A stretch of DNA of 64,000 nucleotides. It comes from Candidatus Woesebacteria bacterium RIFCSPHIGHO2_02_FULL_42_20 (GTDB taxonomy: Bacteria; Patescibacteriota; Microgenomatia; UBA8517). Below, piece by piece: positions 58,051 through 64,000 of this stretch. The stretch lies in assembly GCA_001792535.1 (NCBI GenBank), contig MGGS01000001.1, positions 49,695 to 113,694 on the forward strand, read 5' to 3'. The position numbers and the translations under genes are program-made. The notes under the pieces are model-generated. The model saw only the letters and a list, made by a program, of their open reading frames with translations, made no database searches and was not told where the DNA came from. Numbering within the stretch: position 1 is the first letter of the stretch; every line of letters starts with the position of its first letter.

Positions 58051-59196
58051 CTAAAGTTTGGTCTGATTGAAGTTTGCATCGTTTTTACCAACGGTTATTG
58101 GAACTTCACCCATAATATTAGGCAACCCAACCCGCCCATCTAACTCTTTAACTATCATTCTAATTAGTTTCTTGCCTTCGATTTCGTTTTCCCTAATTAA
58201 TAAATTCCAGTCCAGGCCGGGTCCGGTATTTCCCTCAAGAAGGTATATGTTCCCGCTATTACTGATAATAAAATCAAGTGTATACAGTGAACATTTTTTA
58301 TTTAAAACGTTAGCAATCTTTCTGGAAGTAGATACTACTTCCTGTGGCACTTCACTTTTAGAAATATATTTCAATAACCCACCTTGGTGCTCATTGCAGC
58401 GGAAATCGCCCGGCTTTGCCATTCTGATATAGGTTTGAATTATTTTCACTCCGAGATATATCAGCCGAATATCGGTTGCTACTTGCGAATTTTTGTAACT
58501 AAAACCTTTGTCAAACTTAACGAACGGTTGAATAATATATGATATTTTTTCATTCCGCTTCATCGAAGCCATCATCTTTTTTGTTTGTTTGGCTTTAAAC
58601 TTATAAACGCGTAATCCACCAGCCCCAAACCTGTTTTTCATAATGATTTCGTCAGAAAAATCATATTTGTGCGGATGTATTGACACTATTTCTTTGAGCG
58701 ACCTAAGTGCTCTGTAAATACTTTCACCTGTTGCATCTTTAATAATTACTGTGGGGATGGAAAATTTATGAAGTTTTTTATAAGTTTGTTGTTTGTCAAA
58801 AAAAAGATTAAAAAGGTATGGATGGTTAAAAGGTTTAACTTTTTTGGAAGAGAAAAGTAGTTTACGAGCCGTCTCAATTCTCTTGTTAATCGGAGAAAAC
58901 TTGTCAAAAATTAATTTCGAATATCCGGACTCTCTAACTTTAATCCAGCCATTGTTTTCAAAAAGCCAATAACTTCGACAGCGGCCTGCTCCCGTAATAT
59001 CGGTCGTAGTAGTAAAAGCCGCTTTTAAATTATTTTTTTTGCAAATTTTTAGAAAGTATTTATAGACTACGTTGTATACTTCACTGTTTGATCCTTTAGG
59101 AAATGGTGTCGAAATGTCAGCGGATAGGGAGTAAGCACTCTTTGCTAGTCGGTCAGAGTACACTATCAGTACATCAAATATGGTGATTTTCTCCAT
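58051..59196 (-). CDS. ATP-grasp protein (RimK/YheCD-like)
   Basis: MKNRFGAGG, IIQPFV, DIR, FRCNEHQGG, LDF..LLEGNTGPG. Confidence 0.85.
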   Translation of the reverse strand: MEKITIFDVLIVYSDRLAKSAYSLSADISTPFPKGSNSEVYNVVYKYFLKICKKNNLKAAFTTTTDITGAGRCRSYWLFENNGWIKVRESGYSKLIFDKFSPINKRIETARKLLFSSKKVKPFNHPYLFNLFFDKQQTYKKLHKFSIPTVIIKDATGESIYRALRSLKEIVSIHPHKYDFSDEIIMKNRFGAGGLRVYKFKAKQTKKMMASMKRNEKISYIIQPFVKFDKGFSYKNSQVATDIRLIYLGVKIIQTYIRMAKPGDFRCNEHQGGLLKYISKSEVPQEVVSTSRKIANVLNKKCSLYTLDFIISNSGNIYLLEGNTGPGLDWNLLIRENEIEGKKLIRMIVKELDGRVGLPNIMGEVPITVGKNDANFNQTKL

Positions 59197-59599
59197 GTTA
59201 AATCTTTCGGGGCAAACAGGAAGATTATTCTGCTATCACTACCTTATATTATACACTTTTAGATTGTAAGAAGTCGGGGTGGCTTGCCAGTTGATGTTCG
59301 AACTTGAATTAGTCATAACTCCACGGATCTAGTTGCTCTTAATTATATCTCAATTTAATCTTCTAATAATACTTACAATTGGAACTCTCAGCCCGAGAGC
59401 TAACTTTCAGACTCAAATAGTCTGTTAGAGCCGGAATCAACATTTTCTGAGGAGAAAGCCCGCACTGAGCATGGCCGAAGTGTTATTCCTTTCCAATTTA
59501 CAGTCAAATTACCTCACCAAGATATTGTCCTATGATTTTGGAGAGGGATGAGAAGGGGAGAATTGTTTCTTCAAAGTTTCCACCAATGCAGTATTAAAC

Positions 59600-59630
59600 T
59601 TCAGCTGTTCTTCAGTATAAATTATATAAT
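59600..59630 (+). promoter_or_regulatory. Direct-repeat box plus -10 upstream of the response regulator
   Basis: TTCAG-ctgttc-TTCAG, 9 nt, TATAAT, 6 nt, ATG. Confidence 0.65.
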
Positions 59631-59636
59631 TAGGGT

Positions 59637-60308
59637 ATGAGAGTTTTAGTTATTGAGGATGAACATCGTATTGCAAACACCATTAAAGAAGGCCTTGAAC
59701 AAGAGAGGTATGTTGTAGATGTCGCTTATGATGGTGAAGAAGGATACGATTTGGCAGCAACAGAAGAATATGATGCAATAGTTCTTGATTTGATGCTTCC
59801 GAAGAAGGTTGGTATTGATGTTTGTAAAGACCTTCGTAAAGACGGCATACACACTCCAATTTTAATTCTAACCGCTAAAAGCATGACAAAGGATAAAATA
59901 ATTGGCTTAGATTCGGGAGCAGATGATTACCTGACAAAGCCGTTTTCTTTTAGTGAATTAGTAGCTAGGTTAAGAGCTTTATCTCGCCGTCCAAACAAAA
60001 CCGTGAATGAGACACTTAAGGTTGATGATCTAACTTTGGATCCACGAATGTGTAGAGTTGAAAGAGGTGGACAAGAGATTGAACTTACAAACAAAGAATA
60101 CTCGCTTCTAGAATATTTGATGCGCAATCCTGTCACCGTGCTTAGTAAGGACCAAATTATAAATAATATTTGGAACTATGATGCTGACATTTTGCCCAAC
60201 ACTGTTGAAGTGTATGTCAAAATATTGAGAAGCAAGATTGATAAACCATTTCCCAAGAAAGATCCATTGATAAATACTGTTAGAGGATTTGGATACAAGA
60301 TTGGATAA
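59637..60308 (+). CDS. OmpR-family response regulator
   Basis: IEDE, LDLMLP, LTAK, GADDYLTKPF, TVRGFGY. Confidence 0.96.
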   Translation: MRVLVIEDEHRIANTIKEGLEQERYVVDVAYDGEEGYDLAATEEYDAIVLDLMLPKKVGIDVCKDLRKDGIHTPILILTAKSMTKDKIIGLDSGADDYLTKPFSFSELVARLRALSRRPNKTVNETLKVDDLTLDPRMCRVERGGQEIELTNKEYSLLEYLMRNPVTVLSKDQIINNIWNYDADILPNTVEVYVKILRSKIDKPFPKKDPLINTVRGFGYKIG

Positions 60309-60310
60309 CT

Positions 60311-61321
60311 ATGTTTAAAAACGCACGGCTCAAACTTACTGCTTGGTACTTAATAATTATTATGTCTGTCAGCCTTGGTTTGAGTGTTTTTCTATACAAA
60401 GTTCAAGTAAGGGAAATTGAAAGATTGGAATTTGCTATCCGAGTACGACAGGAACGACAGTTTGAGCAGTTCATGGGTAACCGCCCACCTCCACCATTCG
60501 TTCCAGATCCTGACGTTTTAGAAGATGCTCGGCAGAGAATAATAATGTTATTGGCAATAGTTAATGGCGGTATTTTAATTGTAGCTGGTGGGCTTGGATA
60601 TTTTTTAGCAGGGCGCACACTTAGGCCAATACAAGATATGCTTGATGAGCAGAACCGTTTCATATCTGATGCAAGCCATGAGTTGAAAACACCGCTGACT
60701 TCTCTAAAAAGTGCTTTTGAGGTTTACCTGCGTAATAAAAAACCTACCCTATCAAAAGCTGAAACTTTAGTAGAAGAAAGCTTGGTAGAAACCAACAAGC
60801 TTCAGCAGTTGGCAGAATCTTTACTCCTGTTAGCACAATATAAAAAGATGAATGGCAGCTCTGAGTTTAAAGGGGTAGAAATTGAAAGTGTTATAAGTGA
60901 ATCAGTCAAAAGGATAAAAGCAAAGGCCATAAGGTCGAATATAAAAATAAAAGAAAGAGTAAATAATTTTAAGGTGCAGGGCGACAGGGATAGACTGGTT
61001 GACCTCATAATAATACTTCTTGATAACGCTATTAAATACAGCAAAAAAGGTGATTCAATTTTGGTGAGTACTGTCGCTTCTGAGAACAATGGTCAAATAA
61101 AGATTAAAGACAAAGGTGTGGGTATAAGTGGGGAGGACTTACCACATATATTTGACAGGTTTTACAGAGCTGACGTTTCCAGGAGTAAGACCCAAATAGA
61201 CGGCTATGGATTAGGGCTGGCTATTGCTAAAGAGATTGCCACACAACATCAAGGTAAAATCGAGGTAGAGAGTGAAATAGACAAAGGCTCTATATTTACT
61301 GTGACGCTTCCTTTAACTTAA
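60311..61321 (+). CDS. Sensor histidine kinase
   Basis: Two TMs, SHELKTPL, LLDNAIKY, DKGVGI, GYGLGL. Confidence 0.96.
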   Translation: MFKNARLKLTAWYLIIIMSVSLGLSVFLYKVQVREIERLEFAIRVRQERQFEQFMGNRPPPPFVPDPDVLEDARQRIIMLLAIVNGGILIVAGGLGYFLAGRTLRPIQDMLDEQNRFISDASHELKTPLTSLKSAFEVYLRNKKPTLSKAETLVEESLVETNKLQQLAESLLLLAQYKKMNGSSEFKGVEIESVISESVKRIKAKAIRSNIKIKERVNNFKVQGDRDRLVDLIIILLDNAIKYSKKGDSILVSTVASENNGQIKIKDKGVGISGEDLPHIFDRFYRADVSRSKTQIDGYGLGLAIAKEIATQHQGKIEVESEIDKGSIFTVTLPLT

Positions 61322-61333
61322 CAATAAATACGT

Positions 61334-61365
61334 TTCAGCCCTTCTTCAGAATCGGGTTTTACACT
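61334..61365 (+). promoter_or_regulatory. Second direct-repeat box plus -10 upstream of the exporter operon
   Basis: TTCAG-cccttc-TTCAG, 10 nt, TACACT, 7 nt, GTG. Confidence 0.6.
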
Positions 61366-61372
61366 ACAACTT

Positions 61373-62776
61373 GTGAGTAAAAAGAAATCAGACAAAGTTG
61401 TCCAATCGAATGCAAAGCAACGTGCTGTTGGCGCTTTTGCTATGGTCAGGAATAAGGTTAAGGTTTTTATTGGATGGCTTTTGGCAAAAAGAAGTCGTGT
61501 TGTGTTGGTTTTTTTAATTTTCTTGGCAATAGGTATTTTTGCGTGGACATGGAGGGACAAAACTCCCGAAATCCAATACCAAACAGCTACTGCTGAAGTT
61601 GGTAGTTTGATAACATCGATTGCTGCCTCAGGAACAATTACTTCGGGAAATAATACTTCAGTAACCACAAAAGTATCGGGGACTGTTAGTAAGGTATATG
61701 TAACCAACGGAGACACTGTCACCAAAGGCCAAAAGATAGCGGAAGTAACTCCGGATGATTATGCTGCAGAGCGTCAAACCGCTGCCTGGGTGGCTTATCT
61801 TGAAGCTTCGGAGAATCTACTATCTGCAAAAAACAATAAGGCACTAGCTGATATTGCGATGTGGGAAGCAAGACAAAATGTATTAGATGCACAGGAAGCG
61901 GTTGACAATATGAATGACAATGACACAAATCCTGTCACAAATGAGGTTTACACAGATGGGGAGCGAATGATAATTACCAAGACTCTTGACCAGTCCAGAC
62001 TCGCTTTTGATGTGGCTGAAGCGAAATATAATAATTCTAATGCTGATATATCAAATGCCAGTGCTAAAGTGGCAGCAGCCTTAAGGGATTATCAGGAAAA
62101 CGCATCAACCATTGTGGCGCCTGCAAGTGGTACGATAAGTGACTTGTCGTTAGCCGAAGGCTTGGTTATAAATGCAAACTCTCAAACTAGCTCTACAAGT
62201 GGCGCAACAATTATTTCCCCACAAACTATTGGTAAAATCAGTAATCCTTCTGGACAGCTTCAAGCTCAAGTCAGCCTGAGCGAGATTGACGTAATTAGTG
62301 TAGCTGCTAATCAAAAAGTAACCCTAACATTAGATGCATATCCTGACAAAACCTTTACTGGTAAAGTCCTCTCGGTTGATACAAGCGGAAGCTCTAATCA
62401 GGGAGTAACCAGCTACCCAGCAACAATATTGTTAGACAAAACAAGCGTAGAAATTTATCCCAATATGGCAGTGACCGCACAAATACTTTTAGATGTTAAA
62501 GCAGAAGTCTTGCTAGTACCTTCCTCAGCTGTCAAAAGTGACATGAACGGAATATATGTTGAAGCAATGGCTGATGGTAAACCGCAGCGCAAAGAAGTTG
62601 AAATTGGAGATGCTAACGACTCTCAAACAGAGATTGTCTCAGGTTTATCGGAGGGTGCTGATGTGGTAACTGCAACAATTGATCCAAATCAAGAAATTAA
62701 CTTTGGTGGAACGGGCGGATTTGATGGATCGGCCTTTGGTGGGGCAGGTGGCGGGGTAAGAATTATTGGCAGATAA
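61373..62776 (+). CDS. Membrane-fusion (MacA/HlyD-like) adaptor protein
   Basis: TM, lipoyl half-motifs VSGTV..V.V.NGD.V.KGQ / IVAPASGTI, SEID, PNMAV, EIVSGL. Confidence 0.9.
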   Translation: MSKKKSDKVVQSNAKQRAVGAFAMVRNKVKVFIGWLLAKRSRVVLVFLIFLAIGIFAWTWRDKTPEIQYQTATAEVGSLITSIAASGTITSGNNTSVTTKVSGTVSKVYVTNGDTVTKGQKIAEVTPDDYAAERQTAAWVAYLEASENLLSAKNNKALADIAMWEARQNVLDAQEAVDNMNDNDTNPVTNEVYTDGERMIITKTLDQSRLAFDVAEAKYNNSNADISNASAKVAAALRDYQENASTIVAPASGTISDLSLAEGLVINANSQTSSTSGATIISPQTIGKISNPSGQLQAQVSLSEIDVISVAANQKVTLTLDAYPDKTFTGKVLSVDTSGSSNQGVTSYPATILLDKTSVEIYPNMAVTAQILLDVKAEVLLVPSSAVKSDMNGIYVEAMADGKPQRKEVEIGDANDSQTEIVSGLSEGADVVTATIDPNQEINFGGTGGFDGSAFGGAGGGVRIIGR

Positions 62777-62807
62777 GCAAAGCTTGCTACTACATAGTAA
62801 ATGAAAA

Positions 62808-63491
62808 ATGATACGAGTTTTCAAACTTTCCAAGATATATCGCAATGAGTCAGCTGAAACATTGGCCCTGAAGAATGTTTCGTTTGAGATCAAAAAGGGC
62901 GAGTTTGTTGCGATTATGGGTCCCTCTGGTTCTGGCAAATCCACTTTAATGCATATTTTGGGTGCCTTGGATAAGTCTACTTCAGGAAAATATTTCTTGG
63001 ATGGTACGGATGTTTCCAAAATGAATGCTGACGAACTCGCTGATATTAGAAATCAAAAAATTGGGTTTGTTTTTCAAGCATTCAATCTGTTACCTAGGTA
63101 CTCAGCCGTAAGAAATGTTTCTCTGCCGATGATGTATGGAGGAATTGAAAAGGAGAAAAGACATGATTTAGCTATTAAATACTTAAAAATGGTAGGACTT
63201 GGCGATAGGCTGGATTATACACCCTCTCAACTTTCAGGTGGACAGAAACAGAGAGTAGCCATTGCTCGGGCATTAGCCATGAACCCTAGCATTATTTTGG
63301 CCGACGAACCCACTGGTAATATTGCAACAAAACAAGCCGCTGAGATTATGGAAATCCTCCAGGAGCTTAATGATAAAGGTAACACAATTTTAATAATTAC
63401 TCATGAAAAGGATATAGCCGAATATGCCAAAAGAACCATCACCATAAGGGATGGCGAATTGGCAGGAGATAAAAAAAATGGGACTAGATGA
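62808..63491 (+). CDS. ABC transporter ATP-binding protein (MacB/LolD family)
   Basis: GPSGSGKST, LSGGQKQR, ILADEPTGN. Confidence 0.95.
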   Translation: MIRVFKLSKIYRNESAETLALKNVSFEIKKGEFVAIMGPSGSGKSTLMHILGALDKSTSGKYFLDGTDVSKMNADELADIRNQKIGFVFQAFNLLPRYSAVRNVSLPMMYGGIEKEKRHDLAIKYLKMVGLGDRLDYTPSQLSGGQKQRVAIARALAMNPSIILADEPTGNIATKQAAEIMEILQELNDKGNTILIITHEKDIAEYAKRTITIRDGELAGDKKNGTR

Positions 63492-64000
63492 AATACTAAC
63501 AGAAAGCATCGGGACACTAGCGCTTAACAAAGTCAGAACAGGGCTTGCTATGCTCGGAGTTATTATTGGTATTGGAAGTGTTATAACTCTTGTATCATTG
63601 GGTCAAGCTTCACAAAAGTCAGTTGAGAATCAAATTAAATCCTTAGGTGCAAATCTTATAACTGTTTCTCCAGCAGGACAAAACGTCGGTGGAGTTCGAG
63701 GTGCTGCTGGTGGAGGTACAACATTAACTTTAGCTGATGCTGAGGCGATAGAAAATTCTTCGGAAGTTTCAACTGTTACTGCAGTCTCTCCTGAATACAC
63801 AGGCAGATCTCAAGTTACTGCGGGGAGGAACAATACTAACACACAAATATATGGTGTTGTTCCCGAATATCTCACTGTTCGTAATGTGTCAGTTGCCAAT
63901 GGTTCTTTTATTTCAGGTCAGCATGTATCCTCTCAAGCAAAGGTGGCTGTGCTTGGCCCTACAGTGGTCGAAGACTTGTTTGGAAAAGGTGCTAACCCTG
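63478..64000 (+). CDS. MacB-family ABC permease (runs off the window end)
   Basis: MGLDEILTESIGTLALNKVRTGLAMLGVIIGIGSV...; frame open to the end of the window. Confidence 0.9.
   Translation, partial: MGLDEILTESIGTLALNKVRTGLAMLGVIIGIGSVITLVSLGQASQKSVENQIKSLGANLITVSPAGQNVGGVRGAAGGGTTLTLADAEAIENSSEVSTVTAVSPEYTGRSQVTAGRNNTNTQIYGVVPEYLTVRNVSVANGSFISGQHVSSQAKVAVLGPTVVEDLFGKGANP

Noticed and set aside
330-63019. Numerous antisense or shifted ORFs in the ORF track overlapping conserved genes
   Set aside because: Shadow ORFs of well-supported genes; no independent motifs

Overview
Gene-dense bacterial chromosome segment (standard genetic code). Gene content, compact spacing and repeat style suggest Patescibacteria/CPR, probably Microgenomates (inference). 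Core content: ftsA-ftsZ, type-2 ileS, rodA/ftsW, rplU-rpmA-parB, lepB, four CCA-less tRNAs (Val-CAC, Thr-CGT, Gly-CCC, Asp-GTC), polX, lemA-htpX, gatCA-MFS-gatB, dnaE, rplS, ruvC, holA-like, a sugar-phosphate/gluconeogenesis cluster (PMM/PGM, IMPase/FBPase, PGI/PMI, ppsA, eno, gpmI), lexA/uvrB/galU/uvrA/uvrC and secG. It also holds a GT-C/deacetylase/GT2/GH18 glycan operon, an ATP-grasp gene and a two-component system with a MacAB-like exporter. Accessory and decaying DNA is concentrated at about 12.3-18.9 kb (tRNA-associated) and 44.7-45.2 kb. Most notable observations: pervasive leaderless promoter architecture; two tRNAs ending 2 and 5 nt before a start codon (possible tRNA punctuation); a split ferric-reductase/FNR pair; a hidden 40-aa ORF in a PNAG/chitin-like operon; heptamer arrays filling divergent promoters; short repeats inserted in-frame in proteins; a collapsed VapBC relic; and a shared TTCAG-N6-TTCAG box for the two-component system. 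No CRISPR array, rRNA or intact transposase was seen.
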